A stretch of DNA of 42,847 bases from an uncultured Muribaculaceae bacterium. GTDB lineage: Bacteria > Bacillota_I > Bacilli_A > RF39 > UBA660. The number at the start of each line of letters is the position of its first letter. Position 1 is the first letter of the stretch. The stretch spans positions 1 through 42,847 of the forward strand of contig CAZWST010000005.1 in the NCBI GenBank assembly GCA_964636965.1, written 5' to 3'. The notes beneath the pieces are model-generated. The model searched no databases and had not been told where the DNA came from. It saw nothing but the letters and a program-made list of their open reading frames with translations. Shown one piece after another: positions 19,248 through 30,700 of this stretch. The position numbers and the translations under genes were made by a program.

Positions 19248-19949
19248 ATGAAAAAAATTAGATTTTATGCACCAATGTATTTATTAGCTGCAGGGTTAGC
19301 ATTCACTTCTCCTAGTATGACTGTACATGCTGAAGAAGAGGAAGAAGAAGAAGTTTTATATGAGGAAGAAGAAGATAATTATCAATTAGAAGATATAGAA
19401 GATAATTCCGAAAAAACTCCTGAACAAATAGCAGCAGAAGAACAAGCCGAGAAAGAAAGAGAAGCTCAAGCAGCAGCAGAAGCTGAAAAAGCAAGACAAG
19501 AAGCAGAAGCAATTGAAGCAGAAAAAGCAGCTCAAGAAGCTATTATCGGAAGTACAGAAATCGATGCTGAAGATCAAGGATACAATACAGGAAGAGATTC
19601 AATTCCTGATTCAGTTCAAACTGAAGCTGAAAGAAAAGGTATACCTAAAATACCAGAACAACCTGGACAACCAGAACAACCTGGGCAACCAGAACAACCT
19701 GGACAACCAGCACAACCAGCACAACCAAATGATAGTTCAACTACTCCAAATGATACAATTGAGATTCCAGTTGCTCCAAAAACAGGAATTGATTTCAAAA
19801 GATTAGCTATGGGTGGAGCTGGTATAGGTCTTGCAGCTGCCGGTGTAAGTGTTGCATTTGGTGTTGCTAAAGAATCATCAGCAGAAAAAAAAGTTGTAGG
19901 TTCTAAAAAGAAATATAGAAAAAGAAAAAATAAAAAACGTAGTAGATAA
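19248..19949 (+). CDS. Sortase-anchored surface protein (APKTG sorting signal)
   Basis: Signal peptide ending VHA; acidic and EAA-rich helix; PEQPGQ repeats; VAPKTG, hydrophobic segment and KKKYRKRKNKKRSR tail. Confidence 0.8.
   Translation: MKKIRFYAPMYLLAAGLAFTSPSMTVHAEEEEEEEVLYEEEEDNYQLEDIEDNSEKTPEQIAAEEQAEKEREAQAAAEAEKARQEAEAIEAEKAAQEAIIGSTEIDAEDQGYNTGRDSIPDSVQTEAERKGIPKIPEQPGQPEQPGQPEQPGQPAQPAQPNDSSTTPNDTIEIPVAPKTGIDFKRLAMGGAGIGLAAAGVSVAFGVAKESSAEKKVVGSKKKYRKRKNKKRSR
19653..19724 (+). repeat. Coding tandem repeat: 3x18 bp (PEQPGQ) plus 2x9 bp (PAQ)
   Basis: CCAGAACAACCTGG(A/G)CAA x3, then CCAGCACAA x2. Confidence 0.9.
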
Positions 19950-19984
19950 AAAGAGAAATTGATTATTTCAATTTCTTTTTTTTT
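19949..19984 (+). terminator. Intrinsic terminator
   Basis: GAAATTGA-TTATT-TCAATTTC followed by a long T run. Confidence 0.75.
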
Positions 19985-20086
19985 ACTTATTTACATATAT
20001 TAATAGTAAACTATGTTAAATACTTTACATAAATACTTATTAACAAGGTTTTAGTGTAGTATAATAATGCCATAGGCGGTGATTAT

Positions 20087-21079
20087 ATGCTAATATTAGC
20101 AAAATCAATTTTAGGATTAGCATTAGGGTTTGTATTAGCTATTGTTGTTGGGTTAGTAATAATTCCAGTATTAAAACAACTTAAAGCAGGCCAAAGTGTT
20201 AGTAGACTAATAAATAAAAGACACTTAAAAAAGGAAGGAACACCAACAATTGGTGGACTTATATTTATAATTCCTCCAATAATAGCGCTTTCAATGCTCG
20301 CACTTAGGGGAAGTGTAGAAATATCTCCTAACCTTATTATTGTCATATTTGTATTTTTAAGTTATGCACTTTTAGGATTTGTTGATGATTTTTTAAAGAT
20401 TAGATATCATAATAATAAAGGTTTATCAACTATGACAAAACTAGTTGCTCAATTATTAATAGCTGTAGTTTTTTATACAATTTATAAACATAATGGTGGA
20501 ACAACTACGCTTGAAATAACTTTATTTAAATTTAAATGGGATATGGGTTGGATTTATGGAATATTTATCTTATTCCTTCTTGTAGGTACAACCAATGCAG
20601 TTAATATAACTGATGGACTTGATGGTCTATGTGGTGGACTTTCTGTAATGGCTTTTTTAAGTTATGGTGTTATAACATGGGGTAGTGATTGGATTCCAGG
20701 TTATGAAGGAATGGCAATATTCTCATTTATTCTTGTTGGATCACTTTTAGGATTTTTACTATTTAATTCACATCCAGCTCGCGTATTTATGGGAGACACA
20801 GGATCTCTTGCGTTAGGTGGAGCACTTGCAACAATTGCAATACTTACACATCACGAACTATCTCTTGCCTTAATTGGTGGAGTATTCGTTATTGAAACAT
20901 TATCAAGTTTAATTCAAATAATATCAATAAGAAAATTTAATAAAAAGGTATTCTTAAAAGCACCAATTCATCATCACTTTGAAGAATTAGGCTGGGAAGA
21001 AACAGACATTGTTAAAATATTTTGGACAATTGGATTCTTACTAGCTATGTTTGGTGTAATTTACGGTGTATGGTTATAA
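20087..21079 (+). CDS. mraY: Phospho-N-acetylmuramoyl-pentapeptide transferase
   Basis: KEGTPTIGG, GFVDD, NAVNITDGLDGL, FMGDTGSLALG and APIHHHFE. Confidence 0.97.
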   Translation: MLILAKSILGLALGFVLAIVVGLVIIPVLKQLKAGQSVSRLINKRHLKKEGTPTIGGLIFIIPPIIALSMLALRGSVEISPNLIIVIFVFLSYALLGFVDDFLKIRYHNNKGLSTMTKLVAQLLIAVVFYTIYKHNGGTTTLEITLFKFKWDMGWIYGIFILFLLVGTTNAVNITDGLDGLCGGLSVMAFLSYGVITWGSDWIPGYEGMAIFSFILVGSLLGFLLFNSHPARVFMGDTGSLALGGALATIAILTHHELSLALIGGVFVIETLSSLIQIISIRKFNKKVFLKAPIHHHFEELGWEETDIVKIFWTIGFLLAMFGVIYGVWL

Positions 21080-21105
21080 AGAAGTTAATATTTAACTTCT
21101 TTTTT
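21078..21105 (+). terminator. Hairpin between mraY and ftsW
   Basis: AAAGAAGTTAA-TAT-TTAACTTCTTT followed by a T run. Confidence 0.6.
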
Positions 21106-21118
21106 CATACACTTTAAT

Positions 21119-22201
21119 ATGAGAAAGAATATTATATTAGGAATAACATTGTTTTTAACTTTTTTTGGAATACTTATGATTACATCATCATCAAGCATAT
21201 GGGCTGAATACAAATTTAATAATCCTTATAAATTTACAATTCATCAAAGCTTATTTGCATTAGTAGGATTAATTATTATGATGATAGTCAGTAAAATAGA
21301 CTATAAATCATACTATAAGCATGCCAATAAAATATTATTTATATCAATAATTCTTCTTATTCTTGTACTTATTCCAGGAATAGGTATGGTAAGAAATGGT
21401 AGTAGAAGTTGGTTTGGGATTGGTTCGTTTGGAATACAGCCGAGTGAGATTGCTAAGGTTTCACTTATCATATTTGTATCTAAATATTTAGCTAAGAATA
21501 ATCGTGACATGGATAAAGTTGTCTCTTACTTTTTACCAATATTAGTTGTTATTCTAGGTACTTTTTTACTAATTTTACTTGAACCAGACTTTGGAAGTGG
21601 AGCAATAATTGTTCTTTCATTAATTGTTTTAATATTTACATCTAATGTTAAAATATCTTTATTTGTAAAACTTGGAATCTTAGGCATTGCTGGAATAGTC
21701 GGACTTATATTAATTGCACCATATCGAATGGCGAGAATTGTTGCTTATCTAAATCCTTGGAGTGATCCTTTAGGAAGTGGATTTCAAATAATTCAAAGTT
21801 TATATGCAATCGGACCTGGAGGTTTATTCGGTTTAGGATTAGGTAACTCTATCCAAAAACACTTTTATTTACCAGAACCTCAAACGGATTTTATTTTTGC
21901 AATAATATCTGAAGAACTTGGTTTTATCGGAATAGTTATTTTAAGTACCTGCTACATAGTTTTATTTTATAATGTAATAAAATTATCTCTTGAAACGAAA
22001 GATCTATTTGGTAAATACTTATCTTTTGGACTTATCATTGAATTAGTTTTACAAACTCTTTTAAATCTTTTAGTAGTAGTAGGTCTAATTCCAGTTACAG
22101 GTGTAACTCTTCCTTTTTTAAGTTATGGTGGGTCATCTTTATTAACATGTCTTTTAATGGTAGGTATTATTTTAAATATTAATAACAATGGTAAAGAATA
22201 A
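21119..22201 (+). CDS. ftsW: SEDS peptidoglycan polymerase FtsW/SpoVE
   Basis: NGSRSW, IQPSEIAK, EPDFG, GFQIIQSL, YLPEPQTDFIFAII.EELG and GVTLPFLSYGGSS; the PEPQTDF form is SpoVE-like. Confidence 0.92.
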   Translation: MRKNIILGITLFLTFFGILMITSSSSIWAEYKFNNPYKFTIHQSLFALVGLIIMMIVSKIDYKSYYKHANKILFISIILLILVLIPGIGMVRNGSRSWFGIGSFGIQPSEIAKVSLIIFVSKYLAKNNRDMDKVVSYFLPILVVILGTFLLILLEPDFGSGAIIVLSLIVLIFTSNVKISLFVKLGILGIAGIVGLILIAPYRMARIVAYLNPWSDPLGSGFQIIQSLYAIGPGGLFGLGLGNSIQKHFYLPEPQTDFIFAIISEELGFIGIVILSTCYIVLFYNVIKLSLETKDLFGKYLSFGLIIELVLQTLLNLLVVVGLIPVTGVTLPFLSYGGSSLLTCLLMVGIILNINNNGKE

Positions 22202-22273
22202 ATAAAAACAAGTTAAAATGGTGCATACTATAAAATAAACGTGTTATAATCGAATTATAAAGGATGGTAACAT

Positions 22274-23236
22274 ATGAATATAAAAAAATTAAAAAAAGTT
22301 GAATTGCATGTTCATTTAGATGGTTCAGTTGACGTTGAAACATTTTCAACACTTACTAAAGTAGATCTAACTGATGCAAGAAAACTATTAAGTGTAGGAA
22401 ATAATTGCCAAGATTTAAATGATTATTTACGTTGCTTTGATGCTCCGGTTAAATTTATGCAATCATCTTCTATTCTAAATCTTGTTGCAAAAAAACTAGT
22501 TTCTTCTTTAGAAAATGATAATGTAATTTATGCTGAAGTTCGTTTTGCACCCAATAAACACATTGATAATCTAAAAATAGAAGAAGTAATTGAATCTGTA
22601 TTAGAAGGATTAAAAAGTGATAAAGTTAAGGTTAATTTAATACTTTGTATGATGCGTGGAGATAATTTTGAAGACAATTTAAGAGTAATTGATATGGCTA
22701 ATAAATATCGTGATAGTGGAGTAGTAGGAATTGATCTTGCAGGTGCAGAATCCCTTTATAAAACAAAGGATTATGAAAAATTATTTAAATATGCAGAAAG
22801 TTTAAAGATACCATTTACTATACATGCTGGGGAAGCTGATGGAGTAGAAAGCATTAATTCAGCAATTTCCTTCGGAGCAACAAGAATTGGACATGGAGTT
22901 AGATCTTTAGAAAGTGAAGAATGCTTAAATTCTATAAAGAATAAAAATATTTTATTAGAAATATGCCCAACTAGTAATATTCAAACTGGTATTTGTTCAA
23001 GTATATTAACTCATCCGATTAAAAAATTGTTTGATATGGGTATATGTTTAAATATAAATACAGACAATAGAACAGTATCTAATATAACTCTTAATGAGGA
23101 ATATACATTATTAGAAAAAACTTTTAATTTTACCGAGGATGATTTTAATAATATGAATATTGAAGCTATAAAGCATGCATTTATTTCTGAAGATGAAAAA
23201 AAAGAACTAATAAAAAAAATAGAGGAAACAAACTAA
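22274..23236 (+). CDS. add: Adenosine deaminase
   Basis: ELHVHLDGS, YAEVRFAP, GIDLAG.E, TIHAGE, RIGHG, EICPTSN and NTDN. Confidence 0.95.
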   Translation: MNIKKLKKVELHVHLDGSVDVETFSTLTKVDLTDARKLLSVGNNCQDLNDYLRCFDAPVKFMQSSSILNLVAKKLVSSLENDNVIYAEVRFAPNKHIDNLKIEEVIESVLEGLKSDKVKVNLILCMMRGDNFEDNLRVIDMANKYRDSGVVGIDLAGAESLYKTKDYEKLFKYAESLKIPFTIHAGEADGVESINSAISFGATRIGHGVRSLESEECLNSIKNKNILLEICPTSNIQTGICSSILTHPIKKLFDMGICLNINTDNRTVSNITLNEEYTLLEKTFNFTEDDFNNMNIEAIKHAFISEDEKKELIKKIEETN

Positions 23237-23250
23237 TCTGTTTCCTTTTA

Positions 23251-23871
23251 TTATTTAATTAATTTTCTTGAGTATTTATCTACTAAATTTTGTCCAGTTT
23301 CTAAGTCAACCGCTAACCTTTCAAGATAATCATCTATATCATTATGATTTGCAATAACTATATTTGTTTTTACAGTTGCTTGGTTAATTTCAGGTTTTCT
23401 AAAGTTTCTTTTTATATACATTTGATTGTATCTATTAATACGTTCAACTAATCTTATATAATCTATAACATCTTTACCTTTAGCAGATATTCCATAGTTT
23501 CCGATAGTTTCTAGATTAGCTGCATATAAACCATCTTTATCAAATAAAGGCGCACGCATTTCTTCAAGTTGTGTTGAAATACCGAATGTCTTTATAAATA
23601 ATTTATGAGCTTCTTCATCAAAACTACTATCTAGATCTTCTTTTACAAATATTCTATTTAATAATGAGTAATCCGAGATAGAAACATATAATCCACTTTC
23701 AGTTCTAAACATTAAATCTTTTTTATTTCCAATAATTAGTCTAGGCTCTTTTTTTGAAGAAGTTGTATTAAGAGCAAGTACTTTATTTCCAATAAATATA
23801 TTTTCTGATTTTCTATTAGTAAAACCCGTTATTGGGTTTGTTGTTGCACGACTTTCAATAATCTTTTTCAC
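23251..23871 (-). CDS. Hypothetical protein (206 aa)
   Basis: TTG start after a GAAAGG RBS; converges on add with a shared hairpin at ~23221-23249. Confidence 0.7.
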   Translation of the reverse strand: MKKIIESRATTNPITGFTNRKSENIFIGNKVLALNTTSSKKEPRLIIGNKKDLMFRTESGLYVSISDYSLLNRIFVKEDLDSSFDEEAHKLFIKTFGISTQLEEMRAPLFDKDGLYAANLETIGNYGISAKGKDVIDYIRLVERINRYNQMYIKRNFRKPEINQATVKTNIVIANHNDIDDYLERLAVDLETGQNLVDKYSRKLIK

Positions 23872-23962
23872 AATTATATTCCTTTCTTCATTAGTACATA
23901 TTATAACCTTTAAGTTTAGGCTTAGTCAATTAAAAAGAGTAGATTTTATCTACTCAGGTATC

Positions 23963-24595
23963 TTAATTAAAATGAATGGAATTAATAACTTTAGTCATTT
24001 CTAGTTGGATTTTTGTACTTTCTAAAGTTTCATCTAAAAGATAATTTACTACGATACTATAGTATGAATCTTGATATGCTAAAATATGTTCATATTTTTT
24101 TTCAGTAGCACTTGTATTTGTTTTTATATTGTTTAATGAGCTTTCATCTTTAAATTCATTATTAATTTTTTTAGTATATTCATCCATGCTTATTTCTTTT
24201 ATCTCGATATTATAAGCATTATTATCTTTATAAAATATCGTGCTTTTTGATGCTCCAAATAAAGATGATGGATAAGAAAAATTGATTTTATTCAAAGTAA
24301 AAGTTTTATCGTTATCCAAATCTTTATTTTCTTTTGACTTTTGTATAGATTCATCAATTGATTTAGAATCATTAATTATATAAAAAGATGCACCGCCGAT
24401 AATTAAAATAATAAGTAAAATAATTATACTTTTCTTAACTTTCGTTTTATTTTCTTCAAGTTTAAATTTTTGGGGGTTAATATTTATCTCTTTAGTTTCT
24501 TCTAAAGTATCAGTAACTTCACTGTTATCATATCCACATATATCACAAACGAATTTACCATCTTCCATCAAAGTATTACATTTTTTACAATACAT
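23963..24595 (-). CDS. Zinc-ribbon membrane protein
   Basis: MYCKKC...FVCDICG zinc ribbon, a single TM helix and an extracellular C-terminal domain; GAGGTG RBS. Confidence 0.8.
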   Translation of the reverse strand: MYCKKCNTLMEDGKFVCDICGYDNSEVTDTLEETKEININPQKFKLEENKTKVKKSIIILLIILIIGGASFYIINDSKSIDESIQKSKENKDLDNDKTFTLNKINFSYPSSLFGASKSTIFYKDNNAYNIEIKEISMDEYTKKINNEFKDESSLNNIKTNTSATEKKYEHILAYQDSYYSIVVNYLLDETLESTKIQLEMTKVINSIHFN

Positions 24596-24767
24596 AATAT
24601 CACCTCTATTATTAAGTTAATTATAACAATTTTTCTAAAAGAAATTCAATAATAAGTTATATCAATAATTTACAACGAATTGGGCATAATAAATGGTGAC
24701 AAAGAGTATATGAAGTATTTACATAAAAACTTGATAATGCTATAATTTAATTATAGGATGTGAAAAT

Positions 24768-27700
24768 ATGAAGAAGTCAAAGTATGCATTATTATCACTA
24801 ACTTTAATATTTAGTATGACTATACTTGCTATTGGTATTAGCATTTCTAAAATAGATAAAACAAAAGGAGCAGTTGCCGTAGAAAATGACGTGCTTTATG
24901 CATGCTCTCCCGGTCCAGCTGTAGCTTATAAAACCACTGGAAATTTTAACTTAAGAACTAGTCCTTCAACAAGTGGCACTATCATAAAAACAATACAAAA
25001 AGGAAAAACCATTAATGTACTTTGTATTACAGGAGATTGGGCTTATGCAAGTCATGGGACTGACAAAGGATATATTTCTTTAAGTGGAATTGAAGAGCTA
25101 CCTGTATCTGTAAATGTTGGAAATATCACCAAAAACCCAAGTACTTTTTATCGAAATAACAACTATGAAGGAACTTTAAATGTTTCTACTAGTAATTTAC
25201 CAAATGAAGGCGCAAGTAGACTAAAAATAACTATCAAGAAAAATGGGAATAATGCTGAAGAAGACTTTAATATTACCAAAAATGGACTTAGTAATGGAAA
25301 AGCTTCAATTCATTTTTCACGTAAAAACGCAACAGTCTATGGAAATTATGTTATTGAAGTAACACTTGATGGAGTAACAAAAGGAACTAAAGAATTTAAA
25401 GTAGAAAAAAATGAATTTAATTTTAATGTTGGAAAATTTGAGGCAATTTCAAATGTAGCAGCAAACGAACAAGGGGAATGGCATTTTTCTATTAATAACC
25501 AAATACCATCATCTCTTTCAATTTCAGATTTTAATTATACAATTAAGAAAAACAATCAAGATGCAACAAACTATTTTGACGTATCTATACAAAACGGAAC
25601 TTTAATAGTAAGAAATAAACCTATGAATATTGGTTTTAACTCTTCTAATCTTAAATGGGAAATTTTAAATGAAAATTCATATACAAGAGAAGGAAATTAC
25701 TCAGTAACTTTTACGCTTAAAAACCAATCTGAATATTCAGATATAAATGGATTTTCAAAGTCTCAATCATTTAGCATATCTCAAAAACGTGCTACAATGG
25801 CCGAAGATCCAGCTGCTGGAAGTACAGCAAGATATCAAATAGATTATACGAATTCGGCATTCAATGTTGATATCATAGGGGTTGCAAATAATAGAGGAAT
25901 AACTATATATGTTTTAGATGAACATCTTTCTTCTGGTACCAACAGAGTTACATATTCAGAGGCGGAGATGCGACAAATTTATCCAAATATTCAACTAAGT
26001 ACTATTAATACAGATTCTCGCTTCCATTATTATGATGAAACTCTTGCATTAGAAGTATATCCAGTTATCGTTAATTATAGTGATACTGTTTTTATAACAA
26101 ATTATACACATGCATCATCTACACCTACTGTAACTTATTATGAAGGATTATCTTCATCAACTACAGTAACTAAATCAGTAGCAGACTTTCAAGCAGAAAA
26201 TCCATCAGCTTATGAAAAATTAACATCTACTAGCTATATATATGGGTCAGACGGAAGCATTAAAGTCCATGAAACTGGAAAAGATAAGGTAATAAAACAT
26301 ATCACCACTATGCCAGATAAAAAACCACTAGCAGTAACCGGTGGTGAGATTAAAACAGCTCTAAAATTCAGCGGATATATAGATAGTGAACTTCAAAACT
26401 TTAAGGCTAGATTGATTAGAAGAAGTAATAATAACACTCTTGTTGATACAGAAGGTAATGCTATATATGATCCTAACTTTGAACTTATTATAGACACTAC
26501 AAAACTAAATACAGGTTATGTATATATCTTAACTAAATATAAAGATAACAATGCTTCTTATATTGGAGAGTATAAGCTTCAATATGGGTTTGGCAATTAT
26601 AACAATGAGTCCTCATTTTCTTTAGAGGATGGTAACACTGACTATACAATATTCAGTGAAGTTGATCCTAAGGGAATAAATGGAGAAGAACTAATTGGGG
26701 CAAATCCTGGAGCAAATGAAAAATTTGATTATAACATAGGTTTATACTTAAAAAAATCTCGTACAGATTACTACAATGTTAACTTAGATTCAATTAATTA
26801 TATTATTTTAGATAAAAGAGTAGATAAAGATACAAATGGTAACTATTATTTCTACGATGAAGTTGAATATATTACAAGAGTTAATAGAATTTATGATGGT
26901 AAAGTATACTTTGACTTAAGTGTAGATAATGGTGGCTCTTATGTTAATAATCAAGTATTAACAATTAATGAATTCAAAACAACTTATGCCGAAGCTTATG
27001 AATTATTTAAAGATTATACTGCTGGTGCAACAAAGTTAACTAATTATAATTTAGATGCTAATGGCTATATTATAAGTGATAATTTTCCAATTCATCCAGT
27101 TCGTAATTATGCTCTTACTAGTGATGCAACAGATATGACTTTAGATTATAAAGATGCATCTGGTGAGGATCATACAGTACTTATGGATACAGCTTTCAAA
27201 CGTGCAAATGTTGATATGTATAAATTAATACTTACTAAATTTGGCTATGACAAAAATGGTTATTATATTTTAGGTGCTGTAAGTGGACGAAGAAAAGTAA
27301 ATATTGACACTACTAGTACATTAGAAAGCCATAATGTAACTGATTTATTCTTCGTAAAAAAATCAGCTAAAATAAATACTAATGATGAAGAAGAACAAGA
27401 AAAGCTTTCTAAGAAAACTTTAACGGTTTTACCTAAAACTGAGGTAACTCCAGGGGAGTACTATGTATATGTTTCACACGATAACGCTGAGGCAATTGGT
27501 TTTATTTATACTGATGATAGTATTGATTCAGCCTTTGAACTTGCTATTTATCCAGAACTTTATAATCGTAATATTCATATGACATCAATAAACTACAATA
27601 AAGCAAATTATACTATTTCAATTGATGATGCAATAGCAGAAAATACCGTTAATGATATGCCAATCGTGTATGCTAATGTTGAAAGTTCTTTAAACTTCAA

Positions 27701-30700
27701 TATGAAATTAAACTATATTTATAATTTAGATAATTTAAGCTATAGAATTGAATATAAGAATAATAAGGGTGCTTGGATTAATGCAGATAATTATTTTAAT
27801 ATAAATTCTCAATTACATCCTAGTTCATCAATTACTGATGATAATTATAATAATAGGGGCTTAACAGATTCTTCTATGTTATTAACTACTATTCCAGGGG
27901 TTACTAAAAAAGGAGATTATCGTATAGTGTTTAATTACTCAAATAATGGAGCAAATATGACACCAGTAGTAAAAGAGTTTTCTATTAAAGCTAACTACTA
28001 TAGCATTCAAGTTAATCCTGATGAAGTAGTTAGATTAACAAGTGAAGGAAATGTTAAATTTACAAACTTTTACAGTAATCAAAGATATGATATAGCAATA
28101 CCTATACATTTATATAGCGTTGATCATCCAGAAAATCTTGAATTTGAACTTCTTCATAAAACATCTGGAAGTATCGAGCCTTGGAATTCGGATAGAAAAG
28201 AGTTTAGAAGTTTCCGAGATAATTCAGTTGTCGATTTTAAATATAGCTATACATTAGATGTTATTGATCAAGATGAATCATTATATCTTATGAGATTTAG
28301 TAATTATGTAGGAACAGATATACCTAAATCTGCTCTAGGTAATTATGTCCTAAGCATTAGATACCATGAAACAGGTGGAGAAACTGTTGAAACAACTTTC
28401 AAGTTTGCTGTAAACGAACCACAAAAAGAATTTAAATCAATAAAAGATAAGGCAATATCAACACCTGATGAGATGTATATAACAAGAAATATGGAATCCT
28501 CTTATATAATTGGTTCTCGTTTAGTTAGTGATGAAATATCTTATTCAATTGAAATGTGGGATGGAAGTACTTATGTTGATGTTTCCAGTGAAAATGCGGA
28601 TACAAGATATTTCACAATTGATATGAAATGGAAAGATACTGATGTAATAGACAGAGTAAATTATTATGGTGATATGAAAGTAAACCTAGCAGTTGACAAG
28701 GTTGAAAGAATATATGAATTAAGCGATGAAAAAAGATTTTTAATGATTGTAACTCTTTCAGGTGTAAGATATGAAGTTGAGATGCCAAACATTCGTGAAT
28801 TATTCAAGTGGGAAATTAGTAATGTTAATATTTCTGGTGAAGTAGAAAGTGAAGGGAAAACTATACCTGTAACTGGATTTTATAATAATGCAAAACCTGA
28901 AATAGCTGTCGATTTAGTAACACCACATTTAGAAAATGCTAAATTCGCTATTACTCAAGAATGTTCCGGAAATGTATGTAATCCTAATGAAGATATGATT
29001 AACTATAATGATAGATTTGATGTTATAACTCATACAAACGAAAAAATAGTTTTAAAACTAAAAGAAAACTTAGCACCAGAATTAAAACTAAAAATTGGTT
29101 CATATCAATTAGTTGTATATTATAATCAAACTGACTTTGATATTTATAGATTTAGAGTAAGAAATGAATATTTATCAATTGATTTAGGCGAAGTAGAAAT
29201 TAATACTCCTGTCAAAAATGGAATATCAAATGATTTATTTGTTAATAAAACTTCAACTATTAATATACCTGTAAGTATCATTGGTTCTCGATATGAAGAT
29301 GTAACAATAGATATATCTAATAATGATCAAACTATTAACTACAATCATTTATTCGAAATAAACTTGGAAAAATTTTATAAAGACCATGTCCTTGAAATAA
29401 CGTATGATAAAGATAAAGATATAGAAGCAAAAGATTATCTAGTGATGGTTCATAAAACAATAGATGAAGAAACTGTTGAAGATCATGCAATATTAAAATT
29501 TAATGCAACATATTTTAATTATATGGTTACAAATGTAACCTATGATCCAACACCAGCCGTACCAAATTATGAACATGGTGGAACAATAACTTTTGATATT
29601 TCAACTGATGAATTAATGACTGGAGATGTATTTACTGATCGTGAAATTAAGCGTTCATTCATAGATAATCTAACCATTAATCATTCAGAAGTTATTGAAA
29701 ACTTAAATGATTATTTTGAAATAACTTATCAAGATACATCTGATATGAATAATTTTAAAGTTATATTAAGATATGGTAATGAAAATCCTATATACCCAGG
29801 GTCTTATACGGCAACATTCATAGCGACAAAAGAGACATTTACATTACAAAAAAGACAAGAGTTCACTGTTGGAAATTTCGAAAGAAGAATTACTATAAAT
29901 GATGTAACAATTGAATCAAATACAAAAGATAACCTTATTCATAAAAATACAGGTGGTACCTATAATGTTAATTACACATCAAATTATGAAATAGATATTT
30001 CTAATTTATATGTTAAAGTAACTGACAACGAAGATAATGATGTAACTGACAAATTTATAATAGATAAATCTAATTTAGGTATAGTTAAATTAACTTTTGA
30101 TCCAGAATTACATACAATAGATTTTGGTACTTATAAAGTTACACTTACATACACTGATCCATCAACTAATCGTGATGATGTTAATTCAGTAGATGTAATC
30201 ATGTATGGAGATTATAAAGAAATAACTTTAAAAGATATGACTCCAAGTACAACACCAATAATTGCTGAAAATGAAGGACAATATTATAACTTCAACTTGG
30301 ACACATCTAATTTAACTTCCGAGGAAATTGGTAAGATGAAGATTCGTATATATGATATTTATGACAATATTGTTTATTCCAATATAGAATCAGATAATAT
30401 CACAAATTCTTTTGAAGTTGTAAAGGGTGAAAATCCTAGTAGTTATCGCATAAATATTATGCCTTATAAAGCTAGAGTAGGTTCATACTTTATCGAGTTT
30501 ATTTTACCAGCATCATATGATCCAAATAATCTAGGATTAGAAAATATTTCAAATAAGCTTGAATTAACTATCGATGATACTCTTTACTATGTAAATGTAG
30601 ATTCTAAATCAACTATAACTACTCAAACAAGAGTAAATAATAAAGATGATTTATATGATTATATTGGCGTTAATGGTAATTTTAAATTTACATCAACTTC

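Noticed and set aside
19653-19724. CRISPR-like repeat array
   Set aside because: The repeats are contiguous, in frame and have no spacers; they encode a Pro-rich linker.
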